Source of the DNA: Heteronotia binoei
Taxonomy: Eukaryota
DNA: 64,000 bases
Direction of reading: 5' to 3'
Assembly (NCBI RefSeq): GCF_032191835.1
Contig: NC_083240.1
Location: 13,764,001-13,828,000 of the forward strand
Under the pieces are notes generated by a model. That model saw only the letters and a list, made by a program, of their open reading frames with translations, made no database searches and was not told the DNA's origin. The position numbers and the translations under genes were made by a program. This document shows, in pieces, positions 22,571 to 34,689 of the stretch. How positions within the stretch are numbered: the stretch's first letter is position 1; each line of letters begins with the position of its first letter.

Positions 22571-23044
22571 GAATAATTTTTTTTTAATCCTCCAAAGCAG
22601 CCATTTTCTCCAGAGGAACTCATCTTTGTCATCTACAGTTGTAATTCTGAGAGACCTCTAGGTCCCACCTGGAAGTTGGCAACCCTACAAAATAGATGAT
22701 AGGCTTATAGCTTGGGCCAAAACACCCCTGCGATCCATTGAGCTCCCTATTATCTTTGTCTTTTTTTCCCCCTTCTTTCTCTCTCTCCATCTATTTTTCA
22801 CATGTTTATCCTCTGAGAAGCTATGGGCAATGCTGGTGGTTTACTTCTCTTACTACTAACTTGTGAGGCAGATCAGGCTGCTGGACTAGTAGACCACGAA
22901 GGGACCTTCAAGGCCCTCTGGGCCTGTTTCTCTTTCTTCCATCCCCCAAGGCTAATGTCACCTAAAGTATACAACAAGGAGCTGTTCACACTGTAAATTA
23001 GTAAAAACCTGGGGCTTGCAAAGTGTTCCTATCCTTGGTGTGAA

Positions 23045-23301
23045 AATAGTGATTTTGAGGGATCTCTCCTAAAATGGATGTTGAGAGACCTCTACTAATA
23101 GGGATATTGAGGGATCACTACTAGTAGAGATGTTGAGGAATTGCTACTAATAGGTATATTGAAGGATCTCTACTAATAGGGATATTGAGGGATCTGTACT
23201 AGGGATATTGAGGAATCACTACTAATAGGGATGTTGAGGGATCTCTACTAATAGTGATGTTGAGCGATCTCTACTAATAGTGATGTTGAGGGATCACTAC
23301 T
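23045..23301. repeat. 26 bp minisatellite, about 10 copies
   Basis: Unit approximately GATGTTGAGGGATCTCTACTAATAGG, degenerate. Confidence 0.9.
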
Positions 23302-24102
23302 CCAAGATGAGATGTATTCATGTTGGGTGTGGACAAGAAATTCTGCATCAGTGGAACTGACACACATGGGAAGACAGGAAGATAGCTTATGCTTTGAACA
23401 AGATACATATGAAAGCACTGTCAAGTTAAAATGACTGATTGCAACCCCAACAAGGACCTTTCAAGGCAGTTGAGAAGCAGAGGTAGTTTTCCATTGCCTT
23501 CTTTGGTAGAGTCTTCTTTGGTGATCACCCATCCAAGTACCAACCCAGCTTAGCTTTCCTCCCTTGGCCAAAATAAACATTCACAAAGTTTGAGGAATGC
23601 TATAATTCAGGCAGCGGGTTACTGACTGATGAAATAAAGTACTTGAAAGCCTGTGTGGTCTAGTGGTTAGATTGGTGGACTAAGATCTCAGAGATGCAGA
23701 TTGAAATCTCTCCACTCAGTCATGGAAACTTGCTGGTTGACCTTGGGCCAGTCACCTGTCCTCACAGCATTTCAGCTGTGATTTTGTAAACTGCTTTGGG
23801 TTCACTGGGGGGAAAAGTGGGGTATAAGTGTCTAAATAAATAAATATTTCCTTCCAGAAGGCATTTATGGCATTCACTGCAACCATGTGTGATGGAAAGC
23901 CACTAGCTGACATGGCTTTAGAAAAGGAGTCCATTTAATGGATTAGTCTATCTGTGGCTCTAAATGGAATGTTTATATTCAGAGACCGTAAATCTTTGAG
24001 GAACAGAGAGATAAACAACAGGCAGACTGGTGCCTTTATACCCAGTTTGCAAGTCTTCTAAGAAGATCTATTTAGCACTTGTTGGATATAATATGCTGGG
24101 TT

Positions 24103-24276
24103 GAGTAGTTTGGTGTAGTGGGAGAACTGGATTTGATTCCCCACTCCTTCACTTGCAGCTGCTGGAATGGCCTTGGGTCATTGAAGAGCTCTCTCAGCCC
24201 CACCTACCTCACAAGGTGTCTGTGTGGGGGAGGAAGGTAAAAGAGATTGTAAGCCACCCTGAGATTCAGAGTGAAG
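24103..24276 (+). mobile_element. Squam3-like SINE running into an assembly gap
   Basis: Consensus match with internal deletions. Confidence 0.75.
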
Positions 24277-24474
24277 NNNNNNNNNNNNNNNNNNNNNNNN
24301 NNNNNNNNNNNNNNNNNNNNNNNNNNNNNNNNNNNNNNNNNNNNNNNNNNNNNNNNNNNNNNNNNNNNNNNNNNNNNNNNNNNNNNNNNNNNNNNNNNNN
24401 NNNNNNNNNNNNNNNNNNNNNNNNNNNNNNNNNNNNNNNNNNNNNNNNNNNNNNNNNNNNNNNNNNNNNNNNNN
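24277..24474. other. Assembly gap (198 N)
   Basis: Run of N. Confidence 1.
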
Positions 24475-25189
24475 GTCCAAATGACAGAGCAGACTATCTG
24501 TTAAAATAATAATGGCTTTTTGTACAGATTATGCTTGGACAGAAGCCATTTCACCCCTTTTCTTTGGTTCCCATTTTGAGGGATCATTTAATTTTTTTAA
24601 AAAAAATTGGCAATGCTAGAGAATCAACGTTGCCTGCCTTCATCTTGTATACTTTTTAAAAAATCTCCATGAAAGCTCAAAGTAGTCCTGAGATGATTCG
24701 CTTCTCAGCTTTCCCACAAAATAGAGGGGAAGGAATAAAGGCCTCTGCGGCCAACATCTGTCTTGAACAAAGAGATAAGCCCATTCAGACCCACACAATG
24801 AATACTATGGGGCTGGCTCTTTCCCTGACCCCTTTCCCTTCCTGACAACGGCCTGTTAAAGAACAGCAATCGCTTTAGTCTTCCCCCCCCTAAATTAGAA
24901 AGTGGTCCCAGGGCTTGTTGAATGATAACTTCAGGGTTCCCTCCAGCCTTCTGTTACTTGGCCTCTCAGCATCATTGAAGTTTGGGCCTAAAATGGGTGT
25001 CGAGGCCTAGGGCTTTAAGCCTAGAGTTAGGATTGTCAGATTCTAGAAAGAGCCTGGAGTTCTCCCAGAATTACAACAAAGATAAGCTCTCCTGGAACTA
25101 AGGATGCCAACTCCAGGTTGGGAAATTCCTGGAGATACAGAGGCAGCAATTGAGGAGGGGAGGGCTGCCAAATCCTCCTAGGCTACCAG

Positions 25190-25680
25190 TTCAGGTTGCC
25201 AGGTCCAATTCAAGAAATATCTGGGGACTTTGGGGGTGGAGCCAGGAGATATTGGGGGTGGAGCCAGGGGCAAGGTTGTGACAAGCATAATTGAACTCCA
25301 AAGGGAGTTCTGGTCATCACATTCTGCACACCTTTTAAATGCTTTGCCTCTATTTGGAAATAATGAAGGATAGGGGCACATTGTGTGGGGGCTCACAGAA
25401 ATGGACCCCCTGGTCTAATCTTTTGAAACTTGGGGAGTGTTTTGAAGAGAAGCACCAGATGCTATGTTGAAAAGTTGGTGCCTCTACCTAAAAAAAATCC
25501 CCCACAGAGCCTCCAATACTTACAGATAAATTCTCCATTATAACCTATTGGAACCATTCTCCATAGGATATAATGGAGTGCCCAGCAGACATTTCCTTCC
25601 CCCCATTTTCTGATGACCCTGAAGCAGGGGGAGGGCCTCCAAACCAGGGGATCCCCTGCCACCAACTGGGGATTAGGGAC
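25190..25680. mobile_element. hAT-type element, long TAGGGTTGCCA family
   Basis: Collinear with 36254-36763; boundaries blurred by adjacent family members. Confidence 0.7.
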
Positions 25681-26043
25681 TGGGGAGATCAGTTGTAAAA
25701 GTGGGAGCTCTCCAGGCCTCACCTGGAGGCTGGCAACTGTAGTACCCTCCAAAGCAGCCACTTTCTTCAGAGAACCAAAATCTATAGTGTGGAAATCAGT
25801 TGTTATTCCTGGAGATTTCTAGGAGGTTGATAAGTCCAGGAAGAAATAGCAAGTTTGTAGGGTAGGCTCCACTGTATCCCTGTGGAGCTCCTTTGCCCAA
25901 AGATTTATCAAAATGGAGATTTGGGGGTCGAAAGACCAGGGATGAGAAATTCAGATTCCCAACCCTAGCCAAAATAAAAAATGGAATTTGAATTCAAACC
26001 TTCCTGGTTTGAGTCCGCTATACCTGGCCTTGTTCTCACTGTC

Positions 26044-26311
26044 AGACGCTTATCTGGGAGAACCAGGTTTGATTCCCCACTCCTCCACTTACAGCTGCTG
26101 GAATGGCCTTGGGTCAGCCATAGCTCTCGTAGTTGTTGTCCTTGAAAGAGCAGCTGCTGTAAGAGCTCTCTCAGCCCCATCCACCTTACAGGGTGTCTGT
26201 TGTGGGCGGGGGGAGGGGGGGAAGGTAAAGGAGATTGTAAGCCGCTCTGAGACTCTGAGATTCAGAGTATAGGGTAGGATATAAATCCAATTTCTTCTTC
26301 TTCTTCTTCTT
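26044..26311 (+). mobile_element. Squam3-like SINE, slightly 5' truncated
   Basis: Consensus match with (TCT)n tail. Confidence 0.85.
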
Positions 26312-26547
26312 GTGATTGGGATCTTCCGAGGAAGAAATCAGAGACTGACAGCTAGCTCAGTGATGGAGCTGGTTAAAGAGACTCAGGTGGTGTCAAAGAG
26401 CGTGTCTCTCCCACCTTCGGAGTGGCAGCCCCCTGACCCTCTTTGCTGGATGGCAACTACTAACCAGATGGTCTTTTGGGAGTTGGACTTTTCCCCTCGA
26501 ATGCATTGAGGCTCAAGGAGTGTCGCTAATGTAGCCCGTAGTCACAA

Positions 26548-26614
26548 GGCACGCTTCTATTGTCCGAGTGTGGAGGGGGACAGTGTGGGAAACTCAGTGG
26601 AATTCAAACCCACA
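26548..26614 (+). promoter_or_regulatory. Candidate Notch-responsive enhancer module, copy 3
   Basis: GGCACGCTTCTATTGTC 26548-26564, TGTGGGAA 26584-26591, partner AACCCACA 26607-26614. Confidence 0.6.
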
Positions 26615-28189
26615 CAGCCTGGTGCTAATAACTCTTTTGTAGGGATTGCACTTCTAACAATATGCCGTGAACTCACGTGGTTCCCTCAGCCTGGGCTGGA
26701 AAAAATGCAAGGGAAACAGACATTTTCTCAGGCACCCTCCTTTACCAAGAGGGGAATCAAAGAGACGAGCATAAGGCGAAAGCAGACTTCGCTAATGAAA
26801 GACGAAGCTTGGAATTCAGTAGATTAATAGGACCAAAGATATTTCCATCTGCGGTTTCTGGTTTTTCATTCCACCTGTTCTGATCTGAAAATTCTATTCT
26901 GGTTGTGGTTTTTCACCATTTCCAGTTCCCTCGCAGCACATATCATCTATAAAATGTACACAATTAAACATTGCTTGTGCACTAATATATTGGCCTTTTA
27001 AATCCCGTACACCGTTCTGGACTTAGTTTGTCAGCGTGAAGATCAAAACATCTGCATAGAAGGGCCATGTGTGGATAGAGGAGGTTTTTCTACAAGAAGA
27101 AGAACTGCAGATTCATACCCCGCCCTTCTCTCTGAATCAGAGACTCAGAGTGGCCTACAATCTCCCATATCTTCTCTCTCCACAACAGACATCAGGGGGT
27201 GTGGCCTAATATGCAAATGAGTTCCTGCTGGGCTTTTTCTACAAAAATAGCCCTGCAAGCAAACGGTTGTCATTTTGGAGTTGCTAGGCAACACATAATG
27301 CCAACAGAAAGAAAGGTAGGGAACAGATGAAACACAGGAAGGGGAATGAAAAGTAAAGCTTGCAATGAAACTTGCAGCAGAAGATCTATGGTGGGAAGAA
27401 AGTGCATGTCATTGGGTGAGGTAGAAAAGTGCAGATGTGAAAAAGAAAAGAAAAAAGAATGGTGCATAACTGAGCGGGAGGGGGGAAGTGTGCAAGGGGG
27501 GTCTGGATGGGAGAACCAGTGTAACAGGGGAGCAAGGGCCAGTGGAGGTTCCTGTTTCCCCTTCTCCATGACTCTTTGTGGGTCTCTAGCTTGTTATATG
27601 CATTAAAGCATGCATAGTTTATATTTTTAATGCAGTACAGTACACATAGAAAATGCAAACAAATCTACAAACCCAACAGCAAGGAGTAGAGAATTGAAGT
27701 TGTTTGCAAACATATAAATGGAAACAAAACAGAGATCGTTTGCTCATCTCTAGATCCAAAGGAAGTCCCCCGCTACTAACATGAGATGGGCTCACCCAGT
27801 CCAAGAAGCCACGCCCTCAGTGTGCAAGACCTGAGCAAGGCTGTCAATGAGAGGATGTTTGGAGGTTTTTTTGTTCATAGCATAACGGTCACTATAAGTT
27901 GGGAGTGACTTAATGACACACACACACACATCACTAATGAATACAATGTGTGAGTGCAACAGGATTTTAAAAAAAATAAAAAATGGCCTTTCTTTCTCAC
28001 AAACTGAATGATGCTTTCCACATGGCTCTCCTGTTCATGGAGAAAAGTAAGAAGAATTATAGACCATCTTCCTTCCCTGCCCACCGCACAGGCCTGTCCC
28101 TCTACCAATGCTCCTGCACGTACCCACTGAAGATTTTACTTGGGGGTGGTATTTTTATTGTGTGTGTGTGTGTGTGTGTGTACATGTAC

Positions 28190-28413
28190 ACACACACACC
28201 TGGAAGTCCACACCTGGAAGTCATGGTGACCTCTGGTGATTGATCCCTACTGGGGACATGGAAGATATTCAGAGAAGTGACTGGATAAAGCCTGGCCCTG
28301 GCTCCCAGCTCTGGTATTCCTTGGTGGTCTCCCATCCAAGTACTTGCCAGAGTTGACCCTGTTTAGTTTCTGAGATCTGATGAGATCAGGCTAGCCTGGG
28401 CTATCCAGGTCAG
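28190..28413 (-). mobile_element. 5S rRNA-derived SINE, uninterrupted copy
   Basis: Minus strand GCCTGATCTCATCAGATCTCAGAAACTAAACAGGGTC...GTACTTGGATGGGAGACC matches the 5S rRNA internal promoter region; tail has repeated TTCCAGGTG plus dinucleotide repeats. Confidence 0.8.
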
Positions 28414-28544
28414 AGCTGAAGGTTTTACTTTATATATTCAGTTTATATATTTATATCACGCTTTCCCCCCATTATGGACCCAAAGTGGCTAACAGTGTTC
28501 TCAGCTTCCTCCATTTTACCCATGCAATAACCCTGTGAGCTAGC

Positions 28545-29064
28545 TAGGATTGCCAAGTCCAACTCAAGAAATATCTGGGGACTTTGGGGGTACAGCCAGG
28601 AGACTTTGGGGTTGAGCCAGAAGCAAGGCTGTGACAAGCACAATTGAACCTCAAAAGTAGTTCTGGCAATCATATTTAAAGGGACTGTGCTCTTTTAAAA
28701 TGCCTTCCATAGGAAATAATGGAGGATAGGGGCACCTTCTTTGGGGGCTCATAGAACTGGACCCCCTGGTCTAATCTTTTTGAAACTTGGGGGGTGTTTC
28801 TTCTTGAAACTTGGGGAGGAGAGGCACGGGATGCTATGCTGAAAATGTGGTGCCTCTACCTCAAAAAACAGTGCCTCTGAAGCCCCAGATATCCACGGAT
28901 CAATTTTCCATTATACCCTATGGGAATCGATCTCCATAAGATATAACTGAGTTTCCAGCAGACATTTCCCTCCCTTCCCCTACTTTCTGAAGACTTTGAA
29001 GTGGGGGGGGGGGAGACTCCAAATCAGGGGATCCCCTGCCTTCACCTGGGGATTGGCAACCTTA
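28545..29064. mobile_element. hAT-type element, long TAGGGTTGCCA family, nested in an older SINE
   Basis: TSD GAGCTAGC/GACCTAGC. Confidence 0.8.
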
Positions 29065-29427
29065 GACCTAGCTTAGGATGAGAGAGAGAGAGAGAGAGAG
29101 CAACTGCCCAAGGTCACTTAGCAAGCTTCCATGGTAGATTGGGATTTGAACCTGAACCTTTCAAATCCTGGTTTGACATTCTAACCAGTTCACCATGTTG
29201 GCTCTTAAACTTAACATATGTGTATACCATATGGAATTGTGTTGGTCCAACTTGTGCAAGTGATTGCCAGACTTTGTCTAGAATACCAGCTGCACCATCC
29301 TATGTGAATATGCAAGAGGTATTGGAGGTGAGACAGACAAGCACACTGAGTGGACTAGGAGGTAGGGTTCCCAACTGCCATGGCCAATGTCAGGAGATTT
29401 GGAGGACCGTGTTGGGGTGAAAACTAT

Positions 29428-29715
29428 AACCGTTTTCCCACTGAGCTTACCTCGGAGCGACGTCCCTCTTCACCGCGCAGTGTCTGTGCGGATTTCCCAC
29501 CAACTGCTCCGAGGCTGCTCCGAGGAACCAGGAAGTTCCCGACCTTTTGCGTCTCAAATGGAAACCACTAAAAACCAGTTTATGTTAGCGACACAAAAGC
29601 CGTGACTCTACTTGGTTACTCGGAGCAGCCTCGGAGCAGTTGGTGGGAAATCCGTGCAGACGCTGCGCGGTGAAGAGGGACGTCGCTCCGAGGTAAGCTC
29701 AGTGGGAAAATGGCC
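29428..29715. mobile_element. PIF/Harbinger MITE, 288 bp
   Basis: ~95 bp inverted arms starting GGCCATTTTCCCACTGAGC; 3 bp TSD TAT at 29425-29427 and 29716-29718. Confidence 0.8.
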
Positions 29716-30419
29716 TATGTTTGGAGAGGATGTTGTGACACTTCTGGGTCAAACTGTAGGCTTCCTTCCCCAGTCTCTGTGGTCTTTATCATAGAGATCA
29801 GGGGAAATTCCTAGAGCATCACTATGTAGAGGCCATTATTTTCTTCTGTTCCTCAATTCCTTAGGGGTGCAAAATGGGTTTGTGCACACACACATCTGTA
29901 TTTTTATACACAAACCATGTTAGTACCAAACATGTGTCAGGTGCTGTCAACACCACTTCTTGCTAGGGTTGCCATCGTTCAGGTGGGGACTGAAGGGCCC
30001 CCAGAATTACAACTGATCTCCAGGCTACATTGATCGCTTATTTATTTATTATTTCTTTATTTAAAACATTTACTCCAGAAGATGGCTGCTTTGGAAGGCA
30101 GACTGTATGGCATTACACCCTACCAAGGTCCCTTCTGTTCTTGAACACCACCCTCCCGGATTCCACCCACCCTCAAGTTTCCAGGTATTTCTGAACCCAG
30201 AGCCAACCCTAGCTGAGATCCCCCCCCCTTCACCAAAACCTGCCTTCCCAGACTCCGTGGCCAAATCTCCAGGAATTTCCCAGCATAGTGCTGGCAACCC
30301 TACCTTCTTCTAGAGGACTTACAGCCCTTAAGTGCCAGGGTTATCTCTTCCACACTTCCGGTTTAGCTCAAACGCAACAAATACATCTCTCTAAAAAAAA
30401 AAAATCCATCCCATCCCCT

Positions 30420-30760
30420 TCGCCTTTGCTCTCTCACTCGTGGAAATTCCCACAAGTCCTCTCTATCCGGCACACAAGAGGGATTTATTATTTCCTGGTT
30501 TATTGACTCTGAAAGGCCCGGGGGATTATGGCTGCTTTGCACATGAATTGCCGGAGTGTGTTGTACAAAAGTCCAGGGCTGTGGGATAATGTATTTGGAT
30601 GTGGGAAAGAGCTGACCCTCCGGGGAAGCAGACTGGTGCCTGATGGTAAGAATCAATTACGTTTCAAAAGAACACGTTGCCCTGGGCGCAAAGGCTGGGC
30701 TCGGCCAACACAGTCAGGAAGGAGGGAAATCCCTCCCCGGATCCGTGCCTTCTCCTGCTG
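30420..30760. promoter_or_regulatory. Candidate enhancer with clustered RBPJ, N-box and SOX-like motifs
   Basis: TTCCCACA 30447-30454, TGTGGGAA 30600-30607, CACAAG twice, ACAAAAG, GCTGTGGGATAAT 30578-30590; unique CpG-containing sequence. Confidence 0.45.
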
Positions 30761-30772
30761 TATGATGTATGC

Positions 30773-30835
30773 TGTTAAGACTCCTCTTATATTGCTATCA
30801 TGTTAAGACTCCTCTTATATTGCTATCATGTTAAG
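30773..30835. repeat. Perfect 28 bp tandem duplication
   Basis: TGTTAAGACTCCTCTTATATTGCTATCA twice plus 7 bp. Confidence 0.95.
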
Positions 30836-30859
30836 TGCCTGAAATTTAATTATTATTAG

Positions 30860-31154
30860 CAGGGCTTTTTTTTGTAGAAAAAGCCCATCAGGAACTCATT
30901 GGCATATTAGGCCACCCCCCCCCCCGATGTCACCATTGTTTCACATAGAGATTTTTGGTTGAAAAAGCCCAGCAGGAACTCATTGGCATATTAGGCCACA
31001 CCCCCTGATGTCACCATTGTTTCACACAGATTTTTGGTTGAAAAAGCTTAGCAGAAACTCATTTGCATATTAGGCCACACCCCTGATGCCAAGCCAGCTG
31101 GAACTGAGTTCCTGTGCGTTCCTGCTCAGGAAAAAAAAAAAAAAAAAAACCCTG
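30860..31154. mobile_element. hAT MITE, family B, with an extra internal repeat unit
   Basis: Perfect 8 bp TSD ATTATTAG. Confidence 0.85.
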
Positions 31155-31761
31155 ATTATTAGTAGGCTTGAACAGACCTAAGGAATCTAGCCATCTGGTT
31201 TTACTGCTGTTATACTGTAGGTTGTAAATTGTTTTATGGTTTGATGAAACTGATGTATATGTTCTTATGCTGCTACCTGCCCTTAGCCTGCCTTGGTGGA
31301 ATGGGCAGGAGATAAATCCCCAAATTAAATTAAATTCTTTCCACATTGTTCCTTCCACTAGCTTGCAGAAAAGAAAGAAAGATTACACGCACATAGAAAT
31401 TATGTTTCTGAAAGTGCTGTTCTAAGCAGAATTACACCCTTTTTGAAGTCAAAGGTATAATCACAGTGCAGTTCTAAACAGTCACACCCAGTGTTCCCTC
31501 TAAGCTGAGTTGTGCGAGCTAGCTCACAGGTTTTTAGCCTCCAGCTCACAGGTTTTTGCCTTGGCTCAGGAAGGATGAGCCCAGAGCACAATGATTTATG
31601 CAGTCGCTCACAGCTTTAATGTCAGTAGCTCAGAACTTTAATACCAGTAGCTCATAAAGTAGAATTTTTGCTCACAAGAATTTTAGCTCACATTAACTTC
31701 AGTTAGGGTTTACCCACCTCAAGCAGAGACCTGGAGATCTCCTGGAATTACAGCTGGTTAC

Positions 31762-31927
31762 TATGTTTGGAGAGGATGTTGTGACACTTCTGGGTCAAAC
31801 TGTAGGCTTCCTTCCCCAGTCTCTGTGATCTTTACCATAGAGATCAGGGGAAATTCCTAGAGCATCACTATGTAGAGGCCATTATTTTCTTCTGTTCCTC
31901 AATTCCTTAGGGGTGCAAAATGGGTTT
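31762..31927 (+). repeat. 166 bp direct duplicate of 29716-29881, inside a MITE
   Basis: Near-identical by eye (2 mismatches seen); flanked by the two halves of a TAGGGTTGCCA-family MITE (about 31703-32037). Confidence 0.85.
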
Positions 31928-32162
31928 CCCTGGAGAAAAGACATGCTTTGGAGGCTGGATTCTATGATATTATACCCCTTCTGAAGTCCCTCCCCCCAAA
32001 TCTCCAGGTATTTCCCAACCTGGAGTTGGTAACCCTAACTTCAGTGTATTTAGAAGGCTGTCGTTCTGTTCAGGATTGCACTGTGTGTGAGAGTCTCTTT
32101 CTGCACCTTTGAAGTTTCTCTTACTGCAATGAAACACTATCAAAGACATTGCCTCTACCCAC

Positions 32163-32384
32163 ACATATGAACATATGAAGCTGCCTTCTACTGAATCAGA
32201 CCCCCCTCGGTCCATCAAAGTCAGTATTGTCTACTCAGAAAACTGGCAGTGGCTCTCCAGGGTCTCAAGCTGAGGTTTATTATGGCTATTTGCCTGGACC
32301 CTTTTTAGTTGGAGATGCTGGGGATTGAACCTGGGACCTTTTGCTTACCAAGCAGATGCTCTACCACTGAGCCACCGTCCCTCC
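32163..32384 (-). mobile_element. tRNA-derived SINE (Squam2-like)
   Basis: Matches 9387-9602. Confidence 0.8.
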
Positions 32385-32716
32385 CTCTTCCACACAGCAC
32401 ATTACTATCCCACCCTTCTTCCAAAGCAATAGTTGGTCTTCCATTTTATCCTCACAACAACCTTATCAGGCAGATTAACCTGAGTGAGAATGAGCAACTC
32501 GAGGTGATGATGATGATTTACAAAATATATACCTCTTGCCTCAGGGGGATGACCCAGCAAGCTTCAAGCAAGAACAGCGAGAATTTGAACCCGACTCTCC
32601 GCTTTCCCCACACCCGACACAAACTACTAAGCCATCCACTCAAGAGATCCATTTTCCAGAGATTTAATAAAAGTCTGAATAGACAATGTTGGGATAGGCA
32701 GGCCAATAAGAAGCTA

Positions 32717-33022
32717 TGAATAGCCCTGCTGAATCAGGCCAGTGGTCCATCTCGTCCAGCATCCTGTCTCATGCAGTGGCCAACCAGTTCATCTGGATGG
32801 TCAACAGCAGGGCAAAGAGAGCAAGGCTTTCATAGGAACATCAGAAGAGCCCTGCTGGATCAGACCAGTGGTCCATCTCATCCAGCATCCTGTCTCACAC
32901 AGTGGCCAACTGGTTCCTCTGGATAGCCAACAACAGGGCATAGAGGTCTTCCCCTGAAGTTCCCTCCCAGCTCTGGGATTCAGAGAATGACTGCCTCTGA
33001 ACATGGAAGTTCCCTTTAGTCA
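32717..33022 (-). mobile_element. CR1-like 3' region with internal duplication, interrupted by a SINE
   Basis: GCCCTGCTGGATCAG.CCAGTGGTCCATCTC.TCCAGCATCCTGTCTC occurs twice; resumes at about 33300. Confidence 0.6.
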
Positions 33023-33299
33023 CTAGTTTGGTATAGTGGTTAAGTGTGTGGACTCTTATCTGGGAGAACCTGGTTTGATTCCCCACTCCTCCACTTGTAC
33101 CTGCTGGAATGACCTTGGGTCAGCCATAGCTTTCACAGGAGTTGTCCTTGAAAGGGCAGCTTCTGTGAGAGCTCTCTCAGCCCCACCTACCTCACAGGTG
33201 TTTGTTTTGGGGAAGGAAGGTAAAGGAGATTGTGAGCCGCTCTGAGACTTTGTTTCAGAGTGGAGGGCGGGATACAAATCCAATATCTTCTCTTCTTCT
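33023..33299 (+). mobile_element. Squam3-like SINE, full length
   Basis: Consensus match. Confidence 0.85.
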
Positions 33300-33794
33300 G
33301 CTATGGCTAGTAGCCACTGATAGGCCTCTCTTCCACAAATCTATCTAATAATGCCTTGGTTCACTACAAGGCGGTGTCATGTGTTCACATGTTCAAGATC
33401 TTACACTTGGCCATGTTTGATCCCATTCTCCACCTATCGCTTGTCTCGTTCCGGTTATCCTAGTTTTTGAGGTAACCAATGAGCCTGGAACACCAGCTTT
33501 ATGTGTTTGGATGCTGCCTGAAACCTTTAAAAAGCTCTGAGACTGTTAAACTGTCAATGGGCCTTTTTTCTTCTTCCTCCCTGACTGCCCCCAGCCTCCC
33601 CAGCCAGATGTTAAGCCCTCAAGAGAGAGAAAGGAATTACTTTCCCAAGTCTCTCAGCCTGCCTTGACAGCCCATGATCAACGGCTCTTCCCCCCACCAC
33701 CGCCACAAACAGTAAATGCTATGCAGATGGTCTCCCCAAAGCTCAGCTTTGCCCCACACACAAAAGAAAGTCAAATACCATTTCTAATTCAAGT

Positions 33795-33883
33795 TGTAGC
33801 CTGGCACACTTCCTTTCTCCTCAGACTTCAATGCCTTGAATAGGGACGCAGTGTGGGAAACTCAAACCAACCCGACACTCACA
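33795..33883 (+). promoter_or_regulatory. Candidate Notch-responsive enhancer module, copy 4
   Basis: TGTAG-N3-GGCACACTTCCTTTCTC (33803-33819), TGTGGGAA 33852-33859, partner CACTCACA 33876-33883 at 16 nt. Confidence 0.55.
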
Positions 33884-34204
33884 GACCTGGCCTCAACTCC
33901 ACATCTGCCTGTGGCCAACAGACACAGAGTGAGGAGGGGGGAAAACCCCAGATTAAATGAGAGTAGGAAGGGGGGGAGAGAGAGCTGTAGAAAGAGCGGG
34001 AAGCCATTGGTAACAATGGAAATGAACCTGCAAAGACAAGAAAGTATATGTGTGGGGGGGGGGAATTTTTTTAAACATCCTTTATTGCCCAGAACCTTTG
34101 GAACACCTTTCCTGTGAGGAAAGGCTAGAGAGAGAGGGGCTTTTCAGTCTAGAAAAAAAGGTGGCTAAGATGGAGACAGGACTAGAGTTTTATAAATTCA
34201 GGTG

Positions 34205-34350
34205 AGTAACAGTGTTGGTCTGAAACAATTGAACAAAGTTTGAGTCCAGTGGCACCTTTAAGACCAACCAAGTTTAATTCTGGGTATATCTAACAAAGTT
34301 TAATTCTGGGTATAAGCTTCCGTGTGCATGCACACTTCTTCAGATACAAA
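34205..34350 (-). mobile_element. Penelope-like terminal fragment with mutated hammerhead (34310-34347)
   Basis: Minus strand GTAT-CTGAAGA-A-GTGTGC-AT-GCACAC-GGAA-GCTT-ATAC. Confidence 0.7.
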
Positions 34351-34689
34351 TTATGCATAGGGTAGAGAGAGGGCTGCCAAGCTCCTGCTAGGGGGGTGGG
34401 GGATCCCCCAGTTTGGAGTGCCACAATCCACTGGCATGGATCAGGCTGCTGGGGGGATCCCTGCCCCCAAAGAGCCCTGTCACAACACAATGTGCCCTGT
34501 GTGATGATGTCACCCAGATGTGATGTCATCGTGCCGGGCATGTCATGCCAGGGATGCTCTAGGATTTGCAGTAAAACTCTATGGTACCTTGGAGTTTTAT
34601 CATGAATCCCAGAGTATCCCCAGCATGCCCTAGGTAGAGAAAGTAAATAGAGGGAGCTTTCTGTCCCTCCCCCCCCCAATAGTAGTAGT

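Noticed and set aside
23045-23301. CRISPR-like array
   Set aside because: Units are contiguous and degenerate with no unique spacers; vertebrate context and no cas genes.
28320-28413. 5S rRNA gene
   Set aside because: Diverged from 5S, lacks a clean terminator, and is fused to a repeated SINE body.
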